32,000 bases of DNA from an uncultured Clostridia bacterium (GCA_944372515.1 CALVZM010000046.1:18453-50452); one strand, 5' to 3'; positions 17,075-26,233 are shown, counted from the first letter of the stretch. Translations and numbers: made by a program. Notes: generated from the letters alone by a model not told the origin.

Positions 17075-19315
17075 ATGGATCTGATCATTGTGGAATCCCC
17101 CTCCAAGGCACAGACGATTTCCAAATATCTCAAAGGACAGTACAAAGTGGACGCTTCCAAGGGACACATCCGCGATCTGCCCGAGCGCACGCTGGGCGTT
17201 TCGCTGAAAAACAATTTCGAGCCGAAATACGTTACCACCGCCGCGCAGGAAGCGGTCATCAAACGGCTTTCGGAAGAGGCGAAAAAGGCGGATAAAGTTT
17301 ACCTCGCGACCGACCCCGACCGCGAAGGCGAAGCCATTTCCTGGCACTTGCAGACCGTGCTGGGAATGGACGAGGCGGCGCCCAACCGCATCGAGTTCAA
17401 CGAAATTTCCCCTGCGGCGGTCCGCCGCGCGCTCGAACATCCGCGCGTGATCAACTACAACCTCGTGGACGCCCAGCAGGCGCGCCGCGGGCTGGACAGG
17501 TTGGTGGGGTATAAACTTTCTCGTTTGCTGAACAATAAGATCCAGAGCGGGCTTTCGGCGGGGCGCGTGCAGTCGGTCGTCTTAAAACTCGTCGTCGAAC
17601 GCGAACGGGAGATCGCCGCGTTCAAACCCGAAGAGTATTGGACGATCACCGCCGAAGTGCAGGACGCGGACAGGAAATTTTCCTCTTTCAGGGCGTCGCT
17701 GGAAAAGAAGAAGGGCAAAAAATTCCGCCCGGCGAACAAGGAACAGGCGGACGAAGTGCTTTCGGCGGCAAAAACGGCGCCGTTCGTTGTCGGAACGGTC
17801 AAAAAGAGCGTTGCCAAATCGCACGCGCCCGCGCCGTTCACCACCAGCACCTTGCAGCAGGACGCTTCCAATAAATTCGGCATGAGTTCGCCCGAGACCA
17901 TGCTCGTCGCGCAGCATCTTTACGAGGGCATGGACACCGCGGAAGGGCACATCGCGTTCGTTACCTACATCCGCACGGACTCCACCCGCGTCTCCGCCGA
18001 AGCGCAGCAGCGCGCCCTTGCCTATATCCGCGAGCGGTACGGCGAGGAGTATTGCCCCGCAAAACCCAACTATTACGCCAGCAAGAAGGGGGCGCAGGAC
18101 GCGCACGAAGCCATTCGTCCCATCGACCTCAACATGACGCCCGATCGGGCGAAAAAACTCCTCGACAAGAAGCATGCCAACGTCTATCGGCTCATTTACG
18201 AGCGCTTTGTCGCCTCGCAGATGTCCGAAGCGCGCTACAATTCCATGCAGGTCGAAGTGCTCTGCGGGGAATATGCCTACAAGGCGGCGGGCAGGAGCCT
18301 GCTTTTCCCCGGGTTCACCGCCGTCTATCAGGAGACCCGCAAGGAGGACAAGGAGGACGAAGAGGGGATCTCTTCCAAACTCCTGCCGCCCGTGCAGGAA
18401 GGGGACGGGCTCGATCTCGTGAAGATCACGCCCGAACAGAAATTCACCAAGCCGCCCCAGCGCTATACCGATGCTTCCCTGATCAAACTCATGGAAGAAA
18501 AGGGCATCGGCAGACCTTCCACCTTCTCCACCATCGTCTCCGTGCTCAACAAGCGCAAATACGTCGTCAAAGAGGGAAAATATATGGTTCCGACGGCGGT
18601 GGCATATAAAGTTACCGATTTTCTGGAAGAGTTCTTCAAAGACGTCATGGACGTGGGCTTTACCGCCGATATGGAAGAAAAGTTGGACGACATCGAAAAC
18701 GGCGGCAAGGATTGGCATGCCATCGTCGGAGAATTTTATCCCGGGTTTGCCGACCATCTCAAAGCGGCGCAGAACGCGGGGGACGAGCCGACGGACATCA
18801 TATGCTCCAAGTGCGGGCATCCCATGGTGAGAAAGATCGGCAAATACGGCAAATATCTCGCCTGCACCAACTACCCGCAGTGCTCCAACATCGTCAGCGA
18901 AGGCGAAGCGGAGATCTCCGAAGTGCGCTGCCCCAAGTGCGGCGCCAACATGGTCGTCAAGAGCGGCAAGTTCGGCAAATTCCTCGCCTGCCCCAACTAT
19001 CCCGAGTGCAAATGCACCCTGCCCTATGTGGAGAACGGCGAAGCCGACCTCGTCGGCGTCTGTCCCGAATGCGGCAGACCCACCCGCCGCATGAAGTCCA
19101 AATCGGGCAAAATTTATTACAGTTGTTCGGGCTATCCCGCCTGCAAATTCATGAGTTGGGACATTCCCACCGGCAAAAAATGCCCCCAATGCGGCGGGGC
19201 GATCGTTCAGACCGAGCGCGGCGCCGTCCGCTGTGCGGCAAAGGGCTGCAATTATGTGGAAAAAGCGGCGCCCATGCCCGCAAAGAAAGGGGTAAAGCAG
19301 AAGAAAGGGGAATGA
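17075..19315 (+). CDS. topA: DNA topoisomerase I with four C-terminal Zn-finger modules
   Basis: Toprim N-terminus DLIIVESPSKAQTISKYL, catalytic region YIRTDSTRVS, and four CxxC...C..C modules at the C-terminus. ATG at 17075; the ORF track begins at GTG 17066. Confidence 0.95.
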   Translation: MDLIIVESPSKAQTISKYLKGQYKVDASKGHIRDLPERTLGVSLKNNFEPKYVTTAAQEAVIKRLSEEAKKADKVYLATDPDREGEAISWHLQTVLGMDEAAPNRIEFNEISPAAVRRALEHPRVINYNLVDAQQARRGLDRLVGYKLSRLLNNKIQSGLSAGRVQSVVLKLVVEREREIAAFKPEEYWTITAEVQDADRKFSSFRASLEKKKGKKFRPANKEQADEVLSAAKTAPFVVGTVKKSVAKSHAPAPFTTSTLQQDASNKFGMSSPETMLVAQHLYEGMDTAEGHIAFVTYIRTDSTRVSAEAQQRALAYIRERYGEEYCPAKPNYYASKKGAQDAHEAIRPIDLNMTPDRAKKLLDKKHANVYRLIYERFVASQMSEARYNSMQVEVLCGEYAYKAAGRSLLFPGFTAVYQETRKEDKEDEEGISSKLLPPVQEGDGLDLVKITPEQKFTKPPQRYTDASLIKLMEEKGIGRPSTFSTIVSVLNKRKYVVKEGKYMVPTAVAYKVTDFLEEFFKDVMDVGFTADMEEKLDDIENGGKDWHAIVGEFYPGFADHLKAAQNAGDEPTDIICSKCGHPMVRKIGKYGKYLACTNYPQCSNIVSEGEAEISEVRCPKCGANMVVKSGKFGKFLACPNYPECKCTLPYVENGEADLVGVCPECGRPTRRMKSKSGKIYYSCSGYPACKFMSWDIPTGKKCPQCGGAIVQTERGAVRCAAKGCNYVEKAAPMPAKKGVKQKKGE

Positions 19316-19322
19316 CGGAAAG

Positions 19323-20642
19323 ATGAAAAGAGTTACCGTTGTCGGCGGCGGGCTGGCGGGGAGCGAGGCGGCGTATTACCTCGCCCGCCGCGGCATATCC
19401 GTGCGCCTCGTCGAGCAAAAGCCCCTCTTTTATTCTCCCGCGCACACTTCCGCCTGTCTCGGAGAACTCGTTTGCTCCAATTCGCTCAAAAGCGACGACG
19501 TTTACGGCAACGCCTGCGGGCTGCTCAAAGAGGAGATGCGCCTTCTTGGCTCGCTCACCATGGAAGCGGCGGCGCACTGCCGCATCCCCGCCGGCGGCGC
19601 GCTGGCGGTGGAACGGGAAAGTTTTGCCGCGTACATCACCGAAAAAATACAGGCGCAGCCGCGCATCGAACGGGTCGCGGCGGAAGTCTGCACGCTGCCC
19701 GCGCGGGGGGAAGGCTTGACGATCATTGCCACGGGTCCGCTCACGTCGCCCGCGCTTTCGGCGGATATCGTCCGCCGTTTCGGCAGGGAATTGCATTTTT
19801 ACGACGCTTCCGCGCCCGTCGTGGCGGCGGAGAGCGTCGATTTTTCTCATACCTTTACGGGCGACCGTTACGGCAAGGGGACGGGGGATTACGTCAACTG
19901 TCCTTTGACGAAAGAGGAATACGACGCCTTTGTTTCCGCCCTGCTCACGGCGGAAAAAGCCGCCCTGCACGACTTTGAAAAGCGGGAAATTTTTGAGGGC
20001 TGTATGCCGTTGGAAATCATGGCTTCCCGCGGGCATGATACCCTCCGTTTCGGCACTTTCAAACCCGTGGGGCTGTACGATGAAGCGGGCAGGCGGCCGT
20101 ATGCCGTGCTGCAACTGCGCAAGGAGAACGCCGCGGGCACGGCGTATAATCTCGTCGGCTGTCAGACCAATCTTCGCTTCGGGGAGCAGCGGCGGGTCTT
20201 TTCGCTCATTCCCGCCCTGAAAAACGCCGAATTTCTGCGTTACGGCGTCATGCACCGCAACACCTATCTGCAATCGCCCGCCGTGCTGCACGCCGATTTT
20301 TCCTGCAAGACGCAGGACGATTTGTATTTTGCGGGGCAGATCACGGGCGTGGAGGGGTATGTGGAGAGCGCGATGAGCGGGCTCCTGGCGGGCTTGCACG
20401 CCGCGCAGAAAGTACTGGGCGGCGAAAAGATCGTGTTCCCCCGCGAAACGGTGTGCGGCGCGCTGTCGGCGTACATTGCTTCTCCCAACCCCGATTTTCA
20501 GCCGATGAACGCCAATTACGGCATTTTGCCCCCGCTTGTAGGTTATACGGGCAGGGACAAGAAGGAAAAACGCCGCCTTTTTGCCGAGCGGTCGCTTGCT
20601 GCCGTCCGAAAAATTTCCCGTATTTTGCCTTCTCTTGTTTAG
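19323..20642 (+). CDS. trmFO: methylenetetrahydrofolate--tRNA-(uracil54-C5)-methyltransferase TrmFO
   Basis: FAD-binding VVGGGLAGSEAAYYLARRG and the typical Gid/TrmFO body. Sits after topA as in Bacillus. Confidence 0.95.
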   Translation: MKRVTVVGGGLAGSEAAYYLARRGISVRLVEQKPLFYSPAHTSACLGELVCSNSLKSDDVYGNACGLLKEEMRLLGSLTMEAAAHCRIPAGGALAVERESFAAYITEKIQAQPRIERVAAEVCTLPARGEGLTIIATGPLTSPALSADIVRRFGRELHFYDASAPVVAAESVDFSHTFTGDRYGKGTGDYVNCPLTKEEYDAFVSALLTAEKAALHDFEKREIFEGCMPLEIMASRGHDTLRFGTFKPVGLYDEAGRRPYAVLQLRKENAAGTAYNLVGCQTNLRFGEQRRVFSLIPALKNAEFLRYGVMHRNTYLQSPAVLHADFSCKTQDDLYFAGQITGVEGYVESAMSGLLAGLHAAQKVLGGEKIVFPRETVCGALSAYIASPNPDFQPMNANYGILPPLVGYTGRDKKEKRRLFAERSLAAVRKISRILPSLV

Positions 20643-20784
20643 AAAGCGTTCAAACGCTTTACAAGTAATACATACGGCGGTGTGCGGCTTGTCCGTCTTT
20701 GCCGCCGCAGTGCGCCCGCGCGGGCGCATATCACCAAAAGATATCGGAACAACGAAAAAAACAGACAAGGAGTCTTAACGGATT

Positions 20785-21318
20785 ATGGAATTCAGAGGCA
20801 CGACGATCTGCGCCGTCAAACGCGACGGCGTAACGGCAATTGCGGGGGACGGGCAGGTTACCATGGGAGAGTCCATCGTGTTCAAAAACACGGCGGTCAA
20901 GGTGCGCCGCATTTACGGCGGCAAGGTCATTCTCGGCTTTGCAGGGTCGGTTACGGACGCATTTTCTCTCACCGAACGGTTTGAAGGCATGCTCAATAAA
21001 TTTTCGGGCAACCTGATGCGTTCGGCGGTGGAACTTGCCGAACTTTGGCGCAGCGATAAGATCGGCAGGAAACTCGACGCCATGATGATCGTGGCGGATA
21101 AGGACACCCTGCTCATTCTCTCGGGTACGGGGGAAGTCATCGAGCCGGACGGCGGGTGCTGTTCCATCGGCAGCGGCGGCAACTACGCCCTGGCGGCGGC
21201 GCGCGCCCTGTTGCAGAACACCGATTACGACGCCGAGACCATTGCCCGCAAATCCCTCAAAATCGCCAGCGAGATCTGCGTCTACACCAACGATCACATC
21301 GTCTGCGAAACGGTATGA
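20785..21318 (+). CDS. hslV: ATP-dependent protease subunit HslV
   Basis: [11 protein letters not shown]...AGDGQVT N-terminal nucleophile motif and [14 protein letters not shown]. Confidence 0.95.
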   Translation: MEFRGTTICAVKRDGVTAIAGDGQVTMGESIVFKNTAVKVRRIYGGKVILGFAGSVTDAFSLTERFEGMLNKFSGNLMRSAVELAELWRSDKIGRKLDAMMIVADKDTLLILSGTGEVIEPDGGCCSIGSGGNYALAAARALLQNTDYDAETIARKSLKIASEICVYTNDHIVCETV

Positions 21319-21346
21319 CGGCAGAGGGAAAGGAGAAAATAAGGTT

Positions 21347-22657
21347 ATGGATTTTTCACCCAAACAGATCGTTTTTGAACTCAACAAACACATCGTCGGA
21401 CAGGAAGAAGCCAAAAAGGCGGTCGCCATCGCGCTTAGAAACCGTTACCGCCGCAGCCGTCTTTCCCCCGAACTTCGGGAGGAGATAACGCCCAAAAACA
21501 TCATCATGAAAGGTCCCACGGGCGTGGGCAAGACGGAGATCGCGCGGCGGCTCGCCAAACTCGTCAAAGCGCCTTTCATCAAGGTAGAGGCGACCAAATA
21601 TACCGAAGTGGGCTATGTCGGCAAGGAAGTGGAGAGCATGGTGCGCGACCTCGTGGAATGCGCCATGCGGCTCGTCAAGGAAGAGAAGATGGCGGAAGTC
21701 TCCGTCAAAGCCAACGCCGCCGCCGAAAAGAAACTTCTCAACGCGCTCGTCGAGGCGAAGAAGGCGGACAAGGGCGAGACGGCGACGGACGTCTTCCGCG
21801 CCAACATTCTCGACGGGCTGCGCAAAGGGCTGTATGAGGACTTCGTTCTGGAAATGGACGTTGCGGAAGAGCCCAAGACCATGGAACTCATCCCGGGCGG
21901 CGCCGCCATCAACCTCGGCAGCATATTCGGCGAAGCGCTCCCCAAGCGCCGCAAAAAGCGTCGGATATCCGTCAAGGAAGCGCGCAAATTCATCGTCGCG
22001 GAAGAGAGCGACAAACTCATCGACAACGATGCGGTAACGAGCGAAGGCTTGCGCCGTGCGGAAAACGAAGGCATCATCTTCATCGACGAGATCGATAAGA
22101 TCGCGGGCAAGGGCAACGCGAGCGGGGCGGACGTCTCCCGCGAGGGCGTGCAGCGCGACATCCTGCCCATCGTGGAGGGCTGCACGGTCATGACCAAGTA
22201 CGGCGCGGTCAAGACCGATTATATGCTCTTCATCGCCGCAGGCGCCTTCCATGTGTCCAAAGTGGAAGATCTCATTCCCGAATTGCAAGGTCGCTTCCCC
22301 ATCAAGGTGGAACTCAAAAGTCTCACCAAAGAGGACTTTGTGTCCATCCTCACTCAGACCGAACATTCCATCACCGATCAATACAAAGTGCTTCTGGCGG
22401 TCGACAACATCGACCTTTCCTTCACGAGCGACGCGATCGCCCGGATCGCCGAGATCAGCGTGGAGATCAACGAGAGCAGCGAGGACATCGGCGCCCGTCG
22501 TCTGCACACCGTCATGGAGACGCTGCTCGAAGACGTTTCCTTCAATGCGGGCGGCGGTGGTTATCCCGTCGTGCCCGTCGTCGTCGACGAGAAATATGTG
22601 GACGAACATCTCTCGTCCATCACCCGCGACCGCGACATTAAAAAATATATTCTGTAA
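21347..22657 (+). CDS. hslU: ATP-dependent protease ATPase subunit HslU
   Basis: PKQIVFELNKHIVGQEEAKKAVAIALRNRYRR, Walker A GPTGVGKTEIARRLA, Walker B IIFIDEIDKI. Start at MDFSPK (21347) inside ORF 21242..22657. Confidence 0.95.
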   Translation: MDFSPKQIVFELNKHIVGQEEAKKAVAIALRNRYRRSRLSPELREEITPKNIIMKGPTGVGKTEIARRLAKLVKAPFIKVEATKYTEVGYVGKEVESMVRDLVECAMRLVKEEKMAEVSVKANAAAEKKLLNALVEAKKADKGETATDVFRANILDGLRKGLYEDFVLEMDVAEEPKTMELIPGGAAINLGSIFGEALPKRRKKRRISVKEARKFIVAEESDKLIDNDAVTSEGLRRAENEGIIFIDEIDKIAGKGNASGADVSREGVQRDILPIVEGCTVMTKYGAVKTDYMLFIAAGAFHVSKVEDLIPELQGRFPIKVELKSLTKEDFVSILTQTEHSITDQYKVLLAVDNIDLSFTSDAIARIAEISVEINESSEDIGARRLHTVMETLLEDVSFNAGGGGYPVVPVVVDEKYVDEHLSSITRDRDIKKYIL

Positions 22658-22659
22658 AT

Positions 22660-22907
22660 CGGGCGATAACCGGAGATTTTCAAGAGGCGTTGCCTCTTGA
22701 ACGGGGTTGTAAGGGGCGGCGCCCCTTATGAAAGATAATTCTTCTAAACGCGGCGCATGTGCCGCATAAATCGCCCGTCGGGCGATAGCCGGAGATTTTC
22801 AAGAGGCGTTGCCTCTTGAACGGGGTTATAAGGGGCGGCGCCCCTTATGAAAGATAATTTTTCTAAACGCGGCGCATGCGCCGCATAAATCGCCCGTCGG
22901 GCGATAA
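22660..22907 (+). repeat. tandem direct repeat, 119-bp unit x 2 plus a 10-bp partial third copy; each unit holds four perfect palindromic stems
   Basis: Units at 22660-22778 and 22779-22897 differ at 4 positions (22669/22788, 22709/22828, 22741/22860, 22760/22879). The third copy, CGGGCGATAA, lies at 22898-22907. Confidence 0.9.
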
Positions 22908-22912
22908 GTAAT

Positions 22913-23134
22913 GCAAGGCAAAGCCTTGCTCGCAAGTTCGGAATACGGAGGGCGCTGCCCTCCACCCGCCAAAGGGTCCTCGACCCTTTGGAAACCCGAG
23001 TGGCGCAAACCTTGACGGTTTGCTTGCAACGTGCAGACAAGCAGGGGGAGCATCCCTTTGACCCCATGCAAGGAAGGTGTTCCTTGAAAATCCAAAATTA
23101 CGCAAGGCGGCGCCTTGCAGCGGGGCATGCCCGC
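22913..23134 (+). other. array of at least 8 short GC-rich hairpins in the ORF-free spacer upstream of hisS
   Basis: Stems at 22913-22929, 22947-22963, 22969-22991, 23005-23023, 23021-23043, 23069-23086, 23102-23118 and 23120-23134. Each is 5-10 bp with a 3-5 nt loop, and none is followed by a T run. Confidence 0.6.
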
Positions 23135-23157
23135 AGATACCGCACAGGAGAGAAGAT

Positions 23158-24426
23158 ATGATCAGTATACCCAAAGGCACGAAGGACGTCCTTCCCGCCG
23201 ATTCGTACAAGTGGCAATACGTCGAGGAAAAGGCGCGCGAGATCGCGCGGCTTTACAACCTGCGGGAGATCCGCACGCCCGTGTTCGAGCATACCGAACT
23301 CTTTGCGCGCGGCGTGGGGGAAACGACGGACGTGGTTACCAAGGAGATGTATACATTCTTCGACAAGGGAAACCGCTCGATCACGCTCAAACCGGAAGGC
23401 ACGGCGGGCGTGGCGCGTTCGTTTGTGGAGAACGGGCTGTACAGCACACCCATGCCATTAAAAATGTACTATATCATCCCCGCTTTCCGCTATGAACGCC
23501 CGCAGGCGGGGCGGCTCAGGGAATTTCATCAGTTCGGGGTGGAAATATACGGCTCGCCGACGCCCGACACCGATGCGGAAGTCATTGCGCTGGCGCACGA
23601 TTTCATCGCGTCGCTGGGGCTGAGGGCAAAACTGCACGTCAATTCCATCGGGTGCAAGACCTGCCGCAAGGCGTTCAACGACGCGCTTAAAGCATATCTG
23701 CGCCCCCGTCTGGACGAAATGTGCCCCGACTGCCGCGCGCGTTTCGATAAAAATCCCATGCGCATCCTGGACTGCAAAGTGCCCGAATGCAGGAAGGTTA
23801 CGGCGGGCGCGCCCGTCATCACCGATTATCTCTGCGACGATTGCAGGGCGCATTTCGATGCCGTACAGCGCTATCTGAAAATCGCGGGCATACCCTATGA
23901 CATCGACACCAAGATCGTGCGCGGGCTGGACTATTACACCCGCACGGTGTTTGAGTTCGTCAGCGAAGAGATCGGTGCGCAGGGCACGGTGCTCGGCGGG
24001 GGACGCTACGACGGACTGATCGAAGCGATCGGCGGACCCGCGACGCCCGCGGTCGGGTTTGCGGCGGGGCTGGAACGGCTGTTGCTGCTCATGGAAAAAT
24101 CGGGGGCGGCGATTCCCGGAGAGCCTGCGCCGACCGTCTATTTTGCGGGCATGGATGCCGCTTGCCGCGAAAAGGCGTTTGCTCTTGCCGTCGACCTTCG
24201 CAAGGCGGGCATTCCCTGCGAAGTCGATCACATGGACCGTTCGCTCAAAGCGCAATTCAAATATGCCGATAAAATCAATGCCCGTTTCACCGCCGTCATC
24301 GGCGGCAACGAGTTGGCGGCGGGCGTCATGAACGTCAAGGATATGTCCGATTCTTCGCAGCATACCGTTGCTTTCGACCGTGCGGCGGAATTTTTTGCGC
24401 ACGGAAATTCCTGCAAAGGGGAATAA
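23158..24426 (+). CDS. hisS: histidine--tRNA ligase
   Basis: PKGTKDVLPADSYKWQYVE, class II motifs (YYIIPAFRYERPQAGRLREFHQFGVE, GGGRYDGL) and a C-terminal anticodon-binding domain. ATG at 23158, after AGGAGAGAAG. Confidence 0.95.
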   Translation: MISIPKGTKDVLPADSYKWQYVEEKAREIARLYNLREIRTPVFEHTELFARGVGETTDVVTKEMYTFFDKGNRSITLKPEGTAGVARSFVENGLYSTPMPLKMYYIIPAFRYERPQAGRLREFHQFGVEIYGSPTPDTDAEVIALAHDFIASLGLRAKLHVNSIGCKTCRKAFNDALKAYLRPRLDEMCPDCRARFDKNPMRILDCKVPECRKVTAGAPVITDYLCDDCRAHFDAVQRYLKIAGIPYDIDTKIVRGLDYYTRTVFEFVSEEIGAQGTVLGGGRYDGLIEAIGGPATPAVGFAAGLERLLLLMEKSGAAIPGEPAPTVYFAGMDAACREKAFALAVDLRKAGIPCEVDHMDRSLKAQFKYADKINARFTAVIGGNELAAGVMNVKDMSDSSQHTVAFDRAAEFFAHGNSCKGE

Positions 24427-24481
24427 CGCATCTTTGCATTGCGGAGAATAACGGAAAACGGATCATCGGGAGGAGAAAAAT

Positions 24482-24805
24482 ATGTCAAAGAACGTCAAAG
24501 AGATCGAAGAGAGGGAATTCAACGCGCTTTTGCAGGGAGATGTGCCCGTGGTCTGCGATTTTTTCGCGACCTGGTGCGGTCCCTGCCGCATGCTGGCGCC
24601 CGTGCTGGACGAGGTGGCGCAGGCGTGCGCGGGAAGGGCGGTTTTCGTCAAGGCGGACATCGACCGCAATCCCGCGCTCGCGCAGAAGTATGAAATCTAT
24701 TCCGTCCCCTGCGTGAAGATATTCAAGGGAGGCAAAGAGGTCGCCGAAAACCTCGGCTACGTCCCGCAGCCTGCGATGCTGGCTTTTGTGGAAGAAAACC
24801 TGTAA
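24482..24805 (+). CDS. trxA: thioredoxin
   Basis: WCGPC active site, 107 aa. GGGAGGAG SD is present. Confidence 0.9.
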   Translation: MSKNVKEIEEREFNALLQGDVPVVCDFFATWCGPCRMLAPVLDEVAQACAGRAVFVKADIDRNPALAQKYEIYSVPCVKIFKGGKEVAENLGYVPQPAMLAFVEENL

Positions 24806-24819
24806 AACCGGTCAAACGG

Positions 24820-24849
24820 TTGACTTTGCCGCGCGGAGTATGATACAAT
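24820..24849 (+). promoter_or_regulatory. promoter TTGACT-18-TACAAT with TGn extended -10 for glyA
   Basis: TTGACT 24820-24825, TGATACAAT 24841-24849. Confidence 0.5.
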
Positions 24850-24886
24850 AAAAAGAAAAAAGTCAGAGAAATACAACGAGAGGAAA

Positions 24887-26143
24887 ATGACCATGATCGA
24901 TATGACCACCATTCAAAACGCCGATCCCGAAGTGTATGCCGCCATGCAAGACGAACTTGCCCGTCAGCGCGGCAATCTGGAACTCATCGCCAGCGAGAAC
25001 ATCGTTTCTCCCGCCGTCATGGCGGCGATGGGCAGCCACCTGACCAACAAATATGCCGAAGGGCTTCCCGGGAAGCGGTATTACGGCGGCTGTCAGTATG
25101 TGGACGTCGTGGAGACGCTCGCACAGGAACGGCTCAAACAGATCTTCGGCTGCGACCACTGCAACGTCCAGCCGCACAGCGGCGCCCAGGCGAATTTTGC
25201 GGTATTTTTCGCCGTTTTGCAGCCCGGCGACACCGTCATGGGCATGAACCTCGCGCACGGCGGGCACCTTTCACACGGCTCGCCCGTCAACGTTTCGGGA
25301 AAATATTTCCACATCGTCCCTTACGGCGTATCCGCGGAAACGGAGACGATCGATTATGATGAAATGGAGCGCATCGCCCTCGAATGCAAGCCCAAAATGA
25401 TCGTCAGCGGCGCTTCGGCTTATCCCCGCGTCATCGATTTCAAGCGCATCCGCGAGATCTGCGACAAGGTCGGCGCGTACATGATGGTGGACATCGCCCA
25501 CATTGCGGGGCTGGTCGCGGCGGGCGTGCATCCTTCCCCCGTGCCCTATGCCGATTTCGTAACGACGACGACGCACAAGACCCTGCGCGGTCCCCGCGGC
25601 GGCGTCATCATGTGCAAGGAAGAATATGCCAAGATCATCGACAAGGCGGTGTTCCCCGGCACGCAGGGCGGACCTCTGATGCACGTCATCGCGGCAAAAG
25701 CCGTGGCGTTCAAAGAGGCGCTGACCCCCGAATTCAAAGCCTATCAGCAGCAGATCGTCAAAAACGCGGCGGCGATGGCAAAGCGCTTTGTCGAGAACGG
25801 CGTGCGCCTGGTCAGCGGCGGGACGGACAACCATCTGATGCTGCTTGACCTCAGCCAAAAGGGCGTTACGGGCAAGGAACTTGAAAAGATGCTCGACGCC
25901 GTGCACATCACCGTCAATAAGAACGCCATTCCTTTTGACAAGGAAAAACCTTTCGTAACCAGCGGCGTGCGCATCGGCACCCCCGCCGTTACGGCGCGCG
26001 GCATGAAGGAAGAGGACTGCGCGCACATTGCCGACCTCATCTCCCGCGTCATCGACGAGAAAGAGGCGTGCTTTGCGGAAGTCGGCGCGGAAGTGGCAAA
26101 ACTCTGCGAGCGCTTCCCGCTGTATGCAAACGATATTCTCTGA
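24887..26143 (+). CDS. glyA: serine hydroxymethyltransferase
   Basis: [20 protein letters not shown] and the PLP-lysine region [14 protein letters not shown]. The start may instead be the ATG at 24893, which is better spaced from the GAGAGG SD. Confidence 0.95.
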   Translation: MTMIDMTTIQNADPEVYAAMQDELARQRGNLELIASENIVSPAVMAAMGSHLTNKYAEGLPGKRYYGGCQYVDVVETLAQERLKQIFGCDHCNVQPHSGAQANFAVFFAVLQPGDTVMGMNLAHGGHLSHGSPVNVSGKYFHIVPYGVSAETETIDYDEMERIALECKPKMIVSGASAYPRVIDFKRIREICDKVGAYMMVDIAHIAGLVAAGVHPSPVPYADFVTTTTHKTLRGPRGGVIMCKEEYAKIIDKAVFPGTQGGPLMHVIAAKAVAFKEALTPEFKAYQQQIVKNAAAMAKRFVENGVRLVSGGTDNHLMLLDLSQKGVTGKELEKMLDAVHITVNKNAIPFDKEKPFVTSGVRIGTPAVTARGMKEEDCAHIADLISRVIDEKEACFAEVGAEVAKLCERFPLYANDIL

Positions 26144-26160
26144 TTTTTTGATCGGAACCA

Positions 26161-26196
26161 AAGATCCCCGTCCTTTGCGGTAAGGACGGGGATCTT
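26161..26196. terminator. 15-bp perfect hairpin between convergent glyA and the amidase gene
   Basis: AAGATCCCCGTCCTT (26161-26175) pairs with AAGGACGGGGATCTT (26182-26196) around a 6-nt loop. Confidence 0.7.
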
Positions 26197-26205
26197 TATC
26201 GTAAA

Positions 26206-26225
26206 GCGGCGCATGCGCCGTTTTT
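26206..26225 (+). terminator. second hairpin with a T run (palindrome CGGCGCATGCGCCG + TTTTT)
   Basis: The 14-nt palindrome at 26207-26220 is followed by TTTTTCTGCTTTTT. The same core occurs in the 119-bp repeats. Confidence 0.6.
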
Positions 26226-26233
26226 CTGCTTTT

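Noticed and set aside
17582-22609. Long minus-strand ORFs 17582..19189 (535 aa), 19149..20768 (539 aa), 20731..21429 (232 aa) and 21356..22609 (417 aa).
   Set aside because: They are antisense shadows of topA, trmFO, hslV and hslU, all of which carry unmistakable conserved motifs on the + strand.
22728-22769. A 13-codon mini-ORF (MKDNSSKRGACAA; MKDNFSKRGACAA in the second unit at 22847-22888) inside each 119-bp repeat.
   Set aside because: The only SD-like AAGGGG is 11 nt away and buried in a perfect hairpin. There are no His codons, as a hisS leader peptide would need. One of the two differences inside the mini-ORF is non-synonymous. It is most likely fortuitous.
22660-22907. A CRISPR array or minisatellite interpretation of the tandem repeat.
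   Set aside because: There are only 2.1 copies of a 119-bp unit placed head to tail with no unique spacers, no cas genes and no leader. The unit length and its internal multi-hairpin structure do not fit CRISPR repeats.
22908-23157. A T-box riboswitch controlling hisS.
   Set aside because: There is no conserved T-box sequence (GGTGGTACCGCG-like), no terminator or T run before the hisS SD, and no recognisable Stem I with AGAGA/GA motifs and a His specifier. Only a covariance-model scan could fully exclude a degenerate T-box.
22744-23210. Minus-strand ORFs 22744..23067, 22826..23128 and 22863..23210 (100-115 aa) in the hslU-hisS spacer.
   Set aside because: They are three mutually overlapping frames running through the palindromic repeats, one of which starts inside hisS. 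There is no SD or promoter, and the peptides merely reflect repeat content.
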